From Sarea resinae (lineage: Eukaryota), in the NCBI GenBank assembly GCA_026026165.1, contig JAPEUD010000011.1, positions 124,001 to 188,000 on the forward strand: a stretch of DNA of 64,000 nt, read 5' to 3'. Below are positions 34,292 through 47,119 of the stretch, in pieces. A program made the position numbers and the translations under genes. Numbering within the stretch: the first letter of the stretch is position 1; each line of letters begins with the position of its first letter. The notes below the pieces were generated by a model, which saw only the letters and a program-made list of their open reading frames with translations, was not told where the DNA came from and made no database searches.

Positions 34292-34925
34292 GTGGGATCA
34301 AGAGATGATCCCAATGGTCCTCGTTTCCCCACCCCCCCTCAAATCTCTTTCCTCATTTCTTGTCTCCCTTCTCTCTTCTCTCTCTTCTTTCTCTTATTTC
34401 TCTCCGTTCCCCCTTTATCCGTCATTTCCCCGAGATCGTATCTTTCTCCTACGATAAGAACGGTATGAATGGTATGCGATACGATCGTCTTCGACAAGCT
34501 GTATACAGACCTAGCTCGCTTCATCCAACCTGATCCAACTATTCTATACTATCAATCTTCTCGACTCCGTAGCTCTACACTCACTTTTGTCTATGACAGG
34601 CCGAGGAGGAAAGTGCAGCCAGAAAGCTATAAGAAACGAAAGGAGAAAAGGGAGAAGATAGGAGAAGTCGGGAGAAGTTGGGAGAAGTTTGTGAATAGCT
34701 AGGTAAATAGATCGATTACATATGTCACAGTCACAGTCACAGAAATCGAAATCGAAATCCGTGGAAGAATCAAAGGTCAAAACGAAACGCCAGATATATG
34801 CCGGTTTGGATCGTGTCCCGCATCCCACATGCCGTGTTCCACATCTCTGTCTCTCTCACCCTCTTTTCTTCCTCTCCTGCAATATACAAAACCACCCAGC
34901 CCCCCTCCCCCCCTCTTTCCCCCCA

Positions 34926-35584
34926 CTACTTCCCCAACAAATACGCCCCCCACCCCTTCTCCTTCCTCTCCGCCTCCTTTCGCCGCCTCTCCTCCTCCCA
35001 CTTCCGCTTGATCTCGGCCTCCTCCTCGGCGGACGGCAGGTTCCACCACTCGCGATGGAACTTTTCCTGCTCGACGCGCTTCTTCTCCTTCTCCTCGCGC
35101 TGGCGCGCCCGCTCGCCCCGCTGCGCGAACCAGTCCTCGCGCGCCTGGTCCCGCTCCGCCGGCGTCGCGTGCACCACGATGCACTTGTTCATGGCGAGGC
35201 GCTGCGGGCGGCACGCCCACGTGGCGCTGATGGTGCGGTTAAGCGCGCAGGCGGCGAAGGCTGTTGGGAGAAAAGGTTAGTTGGAGGAGAGAAAAGAAGG
35301 GCGGGATGGGCTGGTGGGGCGGTGAGGGGTGGAGAGAAGGAGGGGCGAGAGGCGCTGGAAAGGCTGCGGGTGGGGGAGCTGGGAATCGGCGCACCTTTGA
35401 TCTCTTCGCCGCACTTTGCTCGCACGCGCGAATGGTACAGTTCGTGGACTTGCGCTTCTTGGGCGGCGGAGAGCGGCATTGGGTTTCGGGTTGGGAAGGG
35501 GTGGGGATTTGCTGGCCGTGCTGCATCGGAGGTCGTGTTTGTTGCCGCTGGCGGCGAGCTTGACGATGGTGGTGGGGAGGCCAT
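34926..35584 (-). CDS. CMC1: Cmc1-like twin-CX9C cytochrome c oxidase assembly protein
   Basis: NPMPLSAAQEAQVHELYHSRVRAKCGEEIK, intron, AFAACALNRTISATWACRPQRLAMNKCIV...AREDWF; the cysteines show CX9C...CX9C spacing. Confidence 0.82.
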
Positions 35585-36559
35585 TTTGAGAGGAGAGAGA
35601 GAAAGAGAGAAAGAGGGGACTAAAGTCCGGCGTGGAGTCGGTGAGCTCGGGCGTTGAGGGACGGGTGGAAGACGAAAGCCGTGGTTTGGGATGGGAGGCA
35701 GTGATTGCAATTGGAGATGTGACTATGTATTGTGGTGTCGGAGGTTGTAGGGACCTTCCGGGAGTAATGAGCGCCAATGGGTGGTGAGAATTGGCGTCCA
35801 AAGTCGCAAGCTGCGTTGCAGGCGGAGAGAAGAGCAGCCAAAGACGTATGTACGATGGAGCTCTTGGATCGAGTTCGATTGATGGGGTGAACCGTCCACG
35901 AGATCTTGTGCTCTGCTTTTGCAATATCGCTGCCCACGGGTCCTCTCCAACTATCGTCTCTAGTCGCGAGTATAGGGAAATAGTGGGCAACCCGGTCGAA
36001 TTGTGGTGTTTTGCCCTCTTCTGCCGGCTTTGGAGCTGCGTGGAACTGACGAGGTCGCAGTCGTACGAACTTGGGGTGAGCGATCGCCGTCTTTCGCGCT
36101 AGGCTCCTTTGGTTGGGGTTGGCTCACGATGAGTGTCTATGATGCAAGTAAATAAACCGAAAACCAAAAGAAATACTCCTCTGCGATTACTGTCATTGGA
36201 CGGCATCATGATTAGATGATTGTGATGGTTTTATCTTATTTGTTACATTGACCGCAAGATAAGAAAAGAGATCACGGCTTGGCCGCCGTGGCTGGTTGCA
36301 TGTGTTGCATGCCTTCAAACAGAGACAAAAGCCACCGTCGGCTTCGAAGCTGGTGAATATCCAGCTCAAATATAAACTGAGATCCGCGCACGGCGATGGG
36401 ACCGTTCAACCAGATAAGCCCGAAAACTGGAGTTGCGTAATTCTCCAACGACATAAATACACCGCTGGTCGCGACAGTCGCGGACGCATTGCCACCATCC
36501 CCCAAAACAAAATCTCGCGCGAAAATCCTCCACTCCACCACAAAGCTCGATACATTCCC

Positions 36560-37395
36560 TTACGCCTTCCACACCTTCTTGACCGCCTCGGTCACACCGA
36601 CATCGTTCGTCTCGAACTCGTAGAATCCGACGGCGACGACGACCGTAGCGAGCCTCAGTCCCCACCAGAAGAGGAGGTGGGCCTTGGGGAAATTTCTCTT
36701 CGGAACGTAGTCGGTGACGATGGACCTATTCGCTGTCAGTACAGGACCGCCTGTGAAAGAAGGGGGCAAGCGTACTCAAAGCCGATGTGGGTATGGATGA
36801 TGATGGTGCCGCAGAGGATCGCATCTGTCAGAGGGTTCAAGGATCCTGCCGCGAATGGCGCAATGGTGAGAGGAATAAGAGCGGCGGACAACAGCCTAGA
36901 TCCTTGATCAGCAACAGCGATATGAAACTTTCGAGCGATCTAACCTCTCAAACGTCCAGTGGTAGTTGCCGTGCGAGGCATCGCTCGGAGGAACTGGGAC
37001 CGCATCGTTTGCTAAGAGGCCATGAGCAAATTGTCTCGGTCTCAATGTACAGATCAAGGTTCTCACCAGTTCCTTCAACGACCTCTGTGAATATTGTTAG
37101 TGAGACAGTTCAACGAGTGATACGCATTCGGAATGTACGCACGAGGTCCTGGAGACAGCAATTCTTGTTTCCGGGAAGCATGGAAAGCGGCCACCCTCAC
37201 GGAGCTTGGAAGAGCATCCCGCACGAAAGCCGACTGAAAGGCCCGTGGCTTGGAGAGCAGAGTCGAAGGCCTCACGGCAGCCGAGGTCGGCTTGAAAGCG
37301 ACTGCGACAGCGGCGGCCTTGGACGAGAACACGCGCTTCGCTGGGACTGCGAGGCATGTCTGCCGGAGCAGCGACGGTCTGACGATGGATGCCAT
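36560..37395 (-). CDS. SDH4: Succinate dehydrogenase cytochrome b small subunit (CybS)
   Basis: Mitochondrial presequence, HGNYHWTFER, LIPLTIAPF, IHTHIGFE, DYVP, GFYEFETNDVGVTEAVKKVWKA*. Four introns, including an 18-nt microexon at 37067-37084. Confidence 0.92.
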
Positions 37396-37947
37396 GCTGA
37401 ATGCAGAGTCGCAGTGATACCAGGGACTGCGTTTGGGTGGAGGGAATGGGATTCCTGGTGGGTGAGGATTGGATTGAGGTGGTGGAGGAGGAGGAGGGAA
37501 CGAAGCGGGTCGGAGTGGTAATAATTGCAGAACGAATACAAGACGGGGACGGATGGTGACGCTCGGGAGCAGCGCTGATGGGAGATCAGTCGCGGTACTT
37601 GTCCGCGCACCAGGAGATGGTAGTGAGACGAGGTACCGGGACTTGCCCGACGACTCTGGGGCAGCGGGATCCTCGGCGAGAGACTCATCGGTAAAAGGGT
37701 TGACCCGATTGGCTGCAGAGGCGTGGAGCGGGTGCTGAGGATTACACGCGCCATCGGAAGATTACCGCACTGGTCTTGGAGATCGGTTCACTCTCTCACT
37801 CTCTCTCTCTCACTCTGTCGGCCGTTCGGGAGTCCCTGGAGCTCAAAGTACATTCAGCTTTTCCACCTCGTCCCATCTTCCCATCTGCCATTCTGATCCC
37901 CCCTCCCTCTCCATCTCAGATCATTCTCCACTCTCAATCCTCCCACA

Positions 37948-39594
37948 ATGGCCTCTCGGCGGCTTGCTCTGAACCTCTCGCAGGGCCTGAGAGCCCGCGC
38001 CCCCCTGCGGTCGATGCAGCCACTGAAGAGAGGCTTCGCGACTCCCACCAGCCATGGAGCCAAGACCGAGACCACGACCTTGGGCAATGGCCTGACGGTA
38101 GGCCGCTGTCTCTCGTTGAAAAGCCACGCAGGAGCTGATCCGTCTAGATTGCAACCGAGCACTCCCCGTGGGCTCAAACCTCGACCGTCGGTGTCTGGAT
38201 CGATGCCGGAAGCAGGGCGGAAACCGACAAGACCAATGGCACCGCACACTTCCTGGAGCATCTGGCCTTCAAGGTAGGCATGGAAGTTTGATCAGAAGTC
38301 GAGAGATCGATGCTGAAGCCGTTCATGATTAGGGTACCGCGAACCGGAGCCAACATCAGCTCGAACTCGAGATCGAGAACATGGGCGGCCACCTCAACGC
38401 CTACACTTCCGTGAGTGCTTGACACGCCACATCTCGACACCATTCTAACATCTATAGCGTGAAAACACTGTCTACTACGCCAAGGCTTTCAACTCCGACG
38501 TTCCGAAGACCGTCGACATCCTGTCCGACATCCTCCAAAACTCGAAACTCGAGGCCAGCGCCATCGAGCGTGAACGCGATGTGATTCTCCGCGAGCAGGA
38601 AGAGGTGGACAAGCAACTGGAGGAGGTCGTCTTCGATCACCTGCACGCCACCGCTTTCCAGGGACAGCCTCTGGGACGGACGATCCTGGGACCCAAGGAA
38701 AACATTGCCAGCATCCAAAGAGATGATTTGACGGGATACATCAAGCAAAACTACACTGCCGACCGGATGGTTCTCGTTGGAGCGGGTGGTGTCCCGCATG
38801 AGCAACTGGTCGAATTGGCCGAGAAGCACTTCTCCGGTCTGCCGACCCAACCGCCAACCGCCACCTCCTCCAAGCTGGCAGCCGAGCAGAAGCGTCTGCC
38901 CGACTTTGTTGGTTCCGAGGTGCGAATTCGGGACGATACTATCCCTACGGCCAACATCGCCATCGCTGTGGAGGGTGTCAGCTGGAAGGATGACGACTAC
39001 TTCACGGCGCTTGTCACGCAAGCCATTGTTGGAAACTATGACCGCGCCATGGGCAACGCTCCTTATCTCGGCAGCAAGCTCAGCAGCTTCGTCCACAACA
39101 ACGGTCTCGCGAATAACTTCATGAGCTTTTCCACCAGCTACAGCGACACTGGGTAAGTCAATCGCGATATTGTCTACTGTGCTCCGCTAATACAATCATT
39201 CTGCAGTCTCTGGGGTATCTACTTGGTCACCGACAACATCACCCGCATTGACGATCTTGTCCACTTCTCCCTGCGCGAATGGTCGCGACTATCATACAAC
39301 GTTACCGAAGCCGAGGTCGAGCGGGCCAAGGCCCAGCTCAAAGCCTCGATCCTCCTTTCTCTCGACGGTACCACTGCCGTCGCAGAGGACATTGGCCGTC
39401 AACTCGTCACCACCGGCCGACGCTTGAGCCCCGAGGAGGTCGAGCGAACAGTCAGCGCCATCACCGAGAAGGACGTCATGGACTTTGCGCGGAGAAAGCT
39501 TTGGGATCAGGATATTGCGGTCAGCGCTGTTGGAAGCATCGAGGGTCTGTTGGATTACCAACGTATCCGGAACGACATGAGCCGGAATGCGTAG
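37948..39594 (+). CDS. MAS1: Mitochondrial processing peptidase beta subunit / complex III core protein I
   Basis: [18 protein letters not shown], Zn-binding [13 protein letters not shown] (HxxEH), [38 protein letters not shown]. Confidence 0.95.
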
Positions 39595-40118
39595 AGAAGG
39601 AGGATGTGATGTATCTAGCTAGAAGAGAGGCTGTCCTGGTCGTGATGGTTGGAAGAAGGGGTGTAGTCCATAGACTGTAGGGTCAGCATACTTGCGAGTC
39701 CTGCTGTTATGCTTGTACACTTATAAAACGATCCGATTTCTTGTTGTGTGTTGAGAGAGGTGTTGCTCAAGATCTGCTAGTAGACGTGACTAAAAGTGGA
39801 AGCGCTGCGAGAGTCAAGGTTGCAGTGTTTGATGTGACGGAATTGCCCTCGCTCGACAGCGGAGGGAACCAAAACCAAATCCATCTCGCCTAAATTTCTC
39901 TACGTCGATCTCGACACTTCATATCTTCATGCTCAGCTGCGACATCAAACCCATCAAAACCACCGACCGTCGTCCTCGGCCGCCTTCAGACTTCACCTTT
40001 TGTTTCCTTCGCGAAAGTCATCGGGACATAATTAGCCGCTCTCGTATCAACGCAAAAGGCGTGTCATTCAGCCTCATCGGGCCACTCTATCCCATCCCAC
40101 GAGCCACAAGCCATCATC

Positions 40119-41138
40119 ATGTCCTCGATGCGCAATGCCGTCCAGCGGCGCAACCACCGCGAGCGCGCCCAGCCGCTGGAACGCCAGAAATGGGGCATTC
40201 TCGAGAAACACAAAGTGCGCCGCTCTCCTGCCACCTCTCCGTTCACACTTCTCTTCTCTTCTCGCTCTCCTCCCTCCCCCACCGAGACTTGCCCAGATAA
40301 CCAGCTCAGCTATGATCGATCACACTCGACGCATATTCCCGCCAAGCACAAGCCAAGAAAATCAAAAAATGAGCATCACTGACCTTTTTCCCAACAGGAC
40401 TACTCGGCGCGCGCGCGCGACTACAACCAGAAACGCAAGAAGCTCTCGGCGCTGCGCACGAAAGCGGCCGAGCGCAACCCGGACGAGTTCTCCTTCGGCA
40501 TGATGTCGTCGCACGTCGACAAGGCGGGGCGCAAAGTGGCGGAGCGCGGCAACAAGGCCATGGACCAGGACGTGGTCAAGTTGCTGAAGACGCAGGATGC
40601 GGGCTACTTGCGGACGGTGGGGCAGATGGTCCGGCGGAAGAGGGAGCGCGCTGAGATGGGTGGTGGGGTCTACTTGGGCGAGGGCGGACGGGTCATGGGT
40701 GCTGAAGACGAAGATGAGGCTGAAGACGAGGACGAGGACGGCGGGGACGCTATGGCCTCTGCGGCGCCGCGGAAACCGAATAAAACGGTATTCGTCGACA
40801 ACGTGGCAGAGCAGAAGACATTCCAGCCCCCTTCTTCTTCTGCGGCTGCTGCTATCACATCCACATCTTCCTCTACCTCCGCCCTCCCTTCCACCACACC
40901 ACCAACCACCACAACAACAACAACAACAACAACAACACCAACGGAGCGCCACGCACTCACCCGCCGCCGCCGTCTGCACGACGCCGCAAAAGCACGGCTC
41001 GAGTCGCTCCGCACGCGCGAAAAGCACCTCCGGGCCGCGGAGCAGGAGCTAGAGATGCAGCGCGCGCGGATGACGCACGCGGTCGGCGGCGTCAATAAGA
41101 AGGGCGTCAAATTCAGACCGAGGGAACGGAAGCGCTAG
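40119..41138 (+). CDS. UTP11: U3 snoRNA-associated SSU processome protein Utp11
   Basis: MSSMRNAVQRRNHRERAQPLERQKWGILEKHK, intron ~40215-40398, DYSARARDY...RNPDEFSFGM, LLKTQDAGYL, ending FRPRERKR*. Confidence 0.94.
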
Positions 41139-41139
41139 A

Positions 41140-42420
41140 TCTGGATGGATGGATGGGTAGATAGATGGATGGACGGATGTGGCGGGTGGCGTACGGTAGA
41201 GAGAGAGAGAGGGGGGGGTGGGGGGAAAGGAAACGAAAAGACAGGGGAGAAGAAAAAAGAGAGAGGCCAAGAAAAAGGGGACCCATACGGATGGATGCAG
41301 AGGCGTCCAGGCGTTTTTTTTCTTTTCCATTCTTTTTTTTTTTTCCTTCATCAAGCGACTATCCGATTTCGCTACTAGAGTTTGTTCACCCACCTGGTTA
41401 GCTGGCTGGCATAAGGAGTTTTAGGGGAGGGGGGTTTTTCTCTTTTGTTGCTGTTGCTGTTGCTATTGCTGTTGCTGCTACTGTAGTGATCACATCTTGC
41501 ATACCACCACCGTGTATACTCTACAACGAGATAGATAGCAAAGTAAAACAAAACAAATTGAACCAAACCAAAGCCAAACCATGCCAAAGCCATAGCTACT
41601 ATACCTGCTATACCGACTATAAATAGCTAAAATAGCTGTTATAACTAGCTGAGCTGAGCTAGGCTAGGCTAGGCTATGCCAGGCTATTAATATTCGGTAT
41701 CAAAAGATGATGATGATGACGATGATGATAATGATAATGATGATGATAGTGGCAAACCCACATGTCACATTTTCTATGCAGTTTTTATTCTCTATTCTTT
41801 GAGTATCAGTACTAGTAGATAGTTGGTTTCTTAGTTTGTTTGCTTGTTTAGAGGCCCTAAATACCTGTCTGGCTGGCTGGCTAGCTGGCTGGCTGACTCC
41901 CTGGCTAGGTATCTAGCTATCTAGCTATCTAGCTATCTAGCTATTGGTAAGTTATATCTGCCATCCTCTCTCTCTCTCTCCCCCCCCTTCTACCTCTTCT
42001 GTCTCCTCTCTTCTCTCCCCTTCTCCCCTGTCTCTCTTCTCTCCCCTTCTCCCCTGTCTCTCTTCTCTCCCCTTCTCCCCTCTCTTCTTCTCTTCCCACG
42101 CTTATCTCCCGGCCCCCGACCCCTCCTGATAAATCCATCCCCTAAAACCCCTTTCCCACATAGTACTACCACCGCGGTGCATACAGATAAGCGAACGGAG
42201 AAGAGAAAAAGAAAAAAAAAAAGAAAAGAAAAGAAAAGGAGAGATGAAAGATGAAAAAGGGACCGAGACCAGGCCGGAAGCCGGACCAAGATGCCTGCTG
42301 ATGATGTATTTTGAAGTGGTTGGATGTGGTTGGATGTGGTGAGTGTAGGGTGATGTAGTGTGTGGGTGGCTGTGGATAGGTTGGGTAGTGTAGGTGGTGA
42401 AGAAGTGAATGCAAACCAAA
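41140..42420. repeat. Microsatellite/low-complexity-rich spacer between convergent UTP11 and TAF9
   Basis: (GGAT)n, (GA)n, (TTGCTG)n, (GAT)n, (GGCT)n, (TATCTAGC)n, and a polypyrimidine tandem repeat (~23-bp unit ctctcttctctccccttctcccctgt-like) at ~41965-42095. Confidence 0.8.
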
Positions 42421-42721
42421 CGCCCCCCCCCCAGCCGTATGTTTTCCAAGGATGAAAGAAGGAGAAAAGAAAACACGCCCATCGCCCCCATCCCCCTTTA
42501 CTTCGGCGCAAGATCCCTCAGTAGATTCCTTAGTAGATTCCTCACTGGTGAAGGTGGACGGAAAGATGCTCCTGAGAGCCCCTTGCGGAATCCCAAACGT
42601 TGAATGTCAATGTGACGGACTGACTGACGGGCTTGACGCCTTGGTTTTTTGTTTTCCCCTTTTTCCCCCTTGATTCTTTTTTCCCTCCAGGGCATCTGAT
42701 CTTTGACGCGGCGCGAGACCA

Positions 42722-43615
42722 TCACGCATCAGCCATATCTCTATCGGCGCTCTCGCCGTCCCCATCGCCACCGCCAGCGCCCGTATCCTCACCAAAGACA
42801 TCTTCCATCCTAGCGTCGCCCTCATCGCCCTCGCCCTCGCCCTCGTCCTCGGCGGCCTCCTCGTCCATCTCATCCCCTTCCTCACCCTCACTCTCCCACT
42901 CGTCCTTGATCCCCCACCCCACGCCCGTGAGACAATACCGTTCATGCGGCAATCGCACGCCCCACTCCTTGCCCGGAACCGCAGGCAGCATGACCCGATT
43001 GCGCTCCTGCGCCATCTCGAGCAAGACCTCCTTCGGCAGCGACGGATTGAACTGGTAGGTCAGCCGACTGGCGATGGCCAACCGTAGCGCGTTGAGCTGT
43101 ACGCTGTCGCCCGCGCCGCCTCCTGCCCCCGCTGTGCCACCGGCCCCCGCGCCACCGGCACCGCGAGAGGAAGAAGGCCCGCTGGAACTGCCGCTCGAGT
43201 AGCCTTCCAGCGAGAGGTGCAGCGCATCCTGTAGCGTCGACGATGTGTACCGGTAGGCGAAATCGAGTAGTTGGAGCGGGACGCGGTCTTGGTAGCTGGA
43301 GAGGCCGAGGGAGGCCAGCACCATGTGGATGAGTCGGGCGTCGCGGGGGCGTTTGGAGGTGCCGGGGTCATGGAGCGAGGTTGTTGGATAGGCGGGGAGG
43401 GTCGGCGTAGCAGCTGCATTATTGCTGGTTGCGTTGGTGTTGTTGGAGGCGGATGACGGCGCTTGTGCTTGTGGTATGCTTGTGGAGGCGGGCGCGGGTG
43501 AGCGCGTTGCTGCTGTTGCTGGAGCTGCTGGAGCTGCTGTGGAGGCGGTTTGGGGCTGAGGAGATGATGTCGAGGGAGCGGGTGCTTGTGAGGAGACGCC
43601 GTTTGATTCGGCCAT
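42722..43615 (-). CDS. TAF9: TFIID/SAGA subunit Taf9 (histone-fold)
   Basis: KRPRDARLIHMVLASLG...YQDRVPLQLLDFAYRYT...LQDA, LRLAIASR..YQF, LLEMAQERN...LP, GVRLPHERYCLTG..W. Confidence 0.94.
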   Translation of the reverse strand: MAESNGVSSQAPAPSTSSPQPQTASTAAPAAPATAATRSPAPASTSIPQAQAPSSASNNTNATSNNAAATPTLPAYPTTSLHDPGTSKRPRDARLIHMVLASLGLSSYQDRVPLQLLDFAYRYTSSTLQDALHLSLEGYSSGSSSGPSSSRGAGGAGAGGTAGAGGGAGDSVQLNALRLAIASRLTYQFNPSLPKEVLLEMAQERNRVMLPAVPGKEWGVRLPHERYCLTGVGWGIKDEWESEGEEGDEMDEEAAEDEGEGEGDEGDARMEDVFGEDTGAGGGDGDGESADRDMADA

Positions 43616-44406
43616 TGTGGTTGTCGTCGAACCTCACTCACTGAGGCCCAGACGGATATCGAGCAAGATGCGAGACGAGAGCGAGGTAGACCGTATCGAG
43701 AGAAGACCTACTTGATCGATAGATAGATATGATGTCTGATATCGATCCAGCTTGAGAGATGGCCTCTGTCTCTTTCGTAGACTTTTACTCACGTTGGGCG
43801 GATCTTCAAGCTGGTGATGATGAGTATGGATGGTGGGTAAAGTAAGGTAGCTTCCAAGGTTGGAGGACGGTAGACAGTAGGTAGAAGTTGAGCAATACCA
43901 CGCTAAACCCGATATAGCGAATTGCGACTGATGCTACCACCATATAGACACTGTCACAACGCAATCTGCTTGAATCGATTATTCCTAATGCTCCTGTTAT
44001 AGGCTCGATACACGTAGCATCAGCATTTCGAATGGTGAATAGATGATCACAGGTTCAAGGGCTTAGTAGAGGCTTAGTGGAATTGTGTATGGAACAAGTC
44101 TAACCGGATACACGAAACAGTTCGGCCTATGGTGATGAGGAGATGGAAATAGAAACCAAACAATCAAACGCCATGCCACGCCATGCCACGCCCGCGATGT
44201 CCTGCTATGCTATGCCGTACCAAATAATGATCATGGCAGGAGGCCATGTGAACTCCGTCCCATCTCCAAGCCGTCTTCACGATGCCTTATCGTATGCTGT
44301 ATGACCCGCGCGACCTTGTCTTCTGCTTTCTGCTTTCAATAATCCATGACCCAATCCCACAGGGAATAACAACACAGCCGCCTCTTATAATCCATAAGCC
44401 AGTGCT

Positions 44407-47119
44407 CTACTCAGCTTCGTCGAATCTAGGCCCTTTTGTTGTGTCTTGCTCAAGGGTGAGATGCCCAAGATCAGTCACCACAGCACCAAGACTGTCAGCA
44501 CTTCCTGACTTCCGCCCGATCTCCTCATTCGCGACATTTAGCGTACGTCCTGCCGGCGGGGTCTCGTCTTCCAATTCCGTCTCACTGTCTTCTTCATCTC
44601 CTAGATCATCCTGATCCTGCGGATCTGCATCCTCCGGCACGTAGCCTTCGCCTTCGCCTTCGCCTTCGCCTTCGCCTTCACCTTCACCTTCGCCATCGAG
44701 CACTGAGCCCTCAGCAGGGTCATCACCTTCAATGCTTTCCATAATCGAGTCTTCCATATATCCGCCTTCGTCGATCGAGTCTCGTGAAAAATAACTCTCA
44801 CCCAGCTCATCGCCAAGCTCCTCATCCACTTCGCTTCCTTCGTCTTCGCTCCTCAAACTCTCCCTCACGCTCTCAGCATCGCCATTCCCTTCACTCTCAC
44901 CATCACTCTCACTAGCAGAAAAGTCATCCATCTCCAGCGGGGCATCTCTCCAGTAGTTGAAGTCGGTACATTCTTCTCCGCCGCCCTTGACCAAAAGCCC
45001 AGTGGGTGGAAAGAAATGATCAACGAGATCCCTCATGCTAACGTAGCTGCTCTTGTATTTATTCAAGCTGAGCAAGTCTAGTGATACCTCAGCATTTGAA
45101 TTAATGGTAAATATCCGCGTGGATGGAACATTGACGGATCGATAGCTCAGAGCATCCGTGAGTCGATTACCGAAGCCGGCATAGAAGGGATTGTGGATGT
45201 GGCCGAAAAGATAAAGGATATCCCGAAGACATGACATCTTGAATACTTCAGGCTTCCTGAGATAGATCTCTCTCCGTAAAGCGGCAATCGTCCGATCAGG
45301 GCTCATGATTACCGGCCCCCTTGGAAGCTTGAAGCCGTCCTGGACGACTCCATTAAGATATGCTCGTGTTGTGTCGGCTTGTCCAACGGATCTGCTCGTC
45401 AGGTACATGATGTTGTATCCATTAGACACAATATCAGTGTACAATTTTGCCACACCTATATGCGTCCAGTCGCGGCCGATCATGTTCAGGACATGACCAA
45501 GGGCGTCCGATCTGAACAGATGGGTAAGAATATAATCCTCAAGGTCGACGAAAGTCACTTACTTTGTAATTGTACCATCAATATCAGAAATGACGATAGG
45601 TACGTCGTAGGCCCAATAGTACATGCATGCTTGACAGGTAGCCTTGTTGACGCCGAAGCTCATAGAATTCGGACCTGGCTTGAGATTTAGTGCCTTCAGT
45701 TGATCACTCGTCAATCGCAAGGTCTTTGCGTAATTTCGGTTTGGGTCGCCAGCTGTAGCAGAGTCTGGCGGGGTTTTCGGCGGAGTCGCCAGGCCACCGG
45801 CAGCGTTTGTTGTGATTTGTGAATGAGGGATCCCAGAGGAGGCATTAATGTCGGCACTTTCAAGGTCACTCCCATAGCCCGATTCAGAAACATCATCCCC
45901 AGAGAGGATAGGATGGGGAGCAAGCGGATCATGCATGCCAGCCCTCCGACTTGCTGCCTCCTTTGCTTCCTCACTGCTATAAATCCATAAATTCCCTCTC
46001 TCATCCGCACCTATTAAGGCTCCAATATCGTAGTTCCCCTCCAGCTCTTCGGCCAGGATTTTGCGGGCAATGACCTCAGCCCGGAGGGACTCTTCCTCAC
46101 TGCTCTTGTACCCGGTCATGTCAAGCATCACGTCACCGCTCTCTGTTACTTGAGTCGGAATATTCGACCCTGATAGCTTCTTTGACAGTGTTATGGCACG
46201 TTGGACAGCTTCTTGCGGTGGGAGCGGTGGCGGACTATTTGCACGCTCAATCGGACTTTGGCTAGGCGATGGTGGAGCTGGCGTCAAAGGGAATACTGAC
46301 TGGGATTGACCGTCCGACGGTTGAGCCTCTGTTGACGAATCCAGGGTGGCGTTGGTAGGCAACGGAAGGATATCTGCGGAGGCAGCTCGCTGGGGAAAAT
46401 ACTTGGCTGCAGACCATCCCGCAGCTGAATGCGGTGCACTATCATCCAGCGAGTTGGATAACGGCGTAATGTTTCCTATGAAGAATGATTAGTAAATGGC
46501 ATTAGGATGCGAATTTGAAAAAAGCAAACCAAATTCTGTTTGAGCTCTCCGGTCGCGAGAGAGCATTGGCACGTCCAAGGCATCTGGATCACTCGCCCCA
46601 TCCTGTATAGACTTGTCCTCCACGCCAATATCTAGAAAATCTGGCTCTTTCAGCGAAGAGCTGGACGCTATGCCAACCGGCAGACTTTGCGGACTCGTAG
46701 TCGGAGATACCAAAGGCGACGTTTGTAGAGACTCGGGAATGTCATCGGCCGTCTCAAAGACGAAGAATGCCTCGCCACCTTCGCCCAATTTCATAGAATA
46801 GTTCTGCTTGGTACCGTTCACCCGAAATTCGACCTGGAAATAGAATAAGCCTGGGCCAGAGCTTGCGACTGAGAGTTGCGCGCATACCTTTTTCTCATAC
46901 GGCCGAAGGAGGGAGAACTTGCCGAATCGAACGTGGAACGGAGAACATGCTAACGACCCTGAAGGCCAGTCAGGAAGGTGAAGAGAGAGTGGACTGCAAG
47001 CAACGCCTACCGTCCTCTTGTTCCACGACAATGACGTCGATAGCACCACTCAGCGTTGCTGGATTGATTGAATTCCATGTTTTGGACACAGATCCCGATA
47101 TGCTCCTTACGTACTGCAT
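44407..47119 (-). CDS. PAH1: Lipin / phosphatidate phosphatase (Pah1/Ned1/Smp2)
   Basis: N-LIP MQYVRSISGSV...INPATLSGAIDVIVV...CSPFHVRFGKF...MKLGEGGEAFFV. C-LIP KTLRLTSDQLK.LNLKPG, catalytic ISDIDGTITKSD, YLTSRSVGQ, GFGNRLTD. Confidence 0.96.

Noticed and set aside
34126..34468. Poly-Met and poly-Ile ORFs
   Set aside because: Artefacts of the (GAT)20 microsatellite.
40310..40385. Possible C/D snoRNA in the UTP11 intron
   Set aside because: The C box is imperfect and the only CTGA overlaps the branch point.
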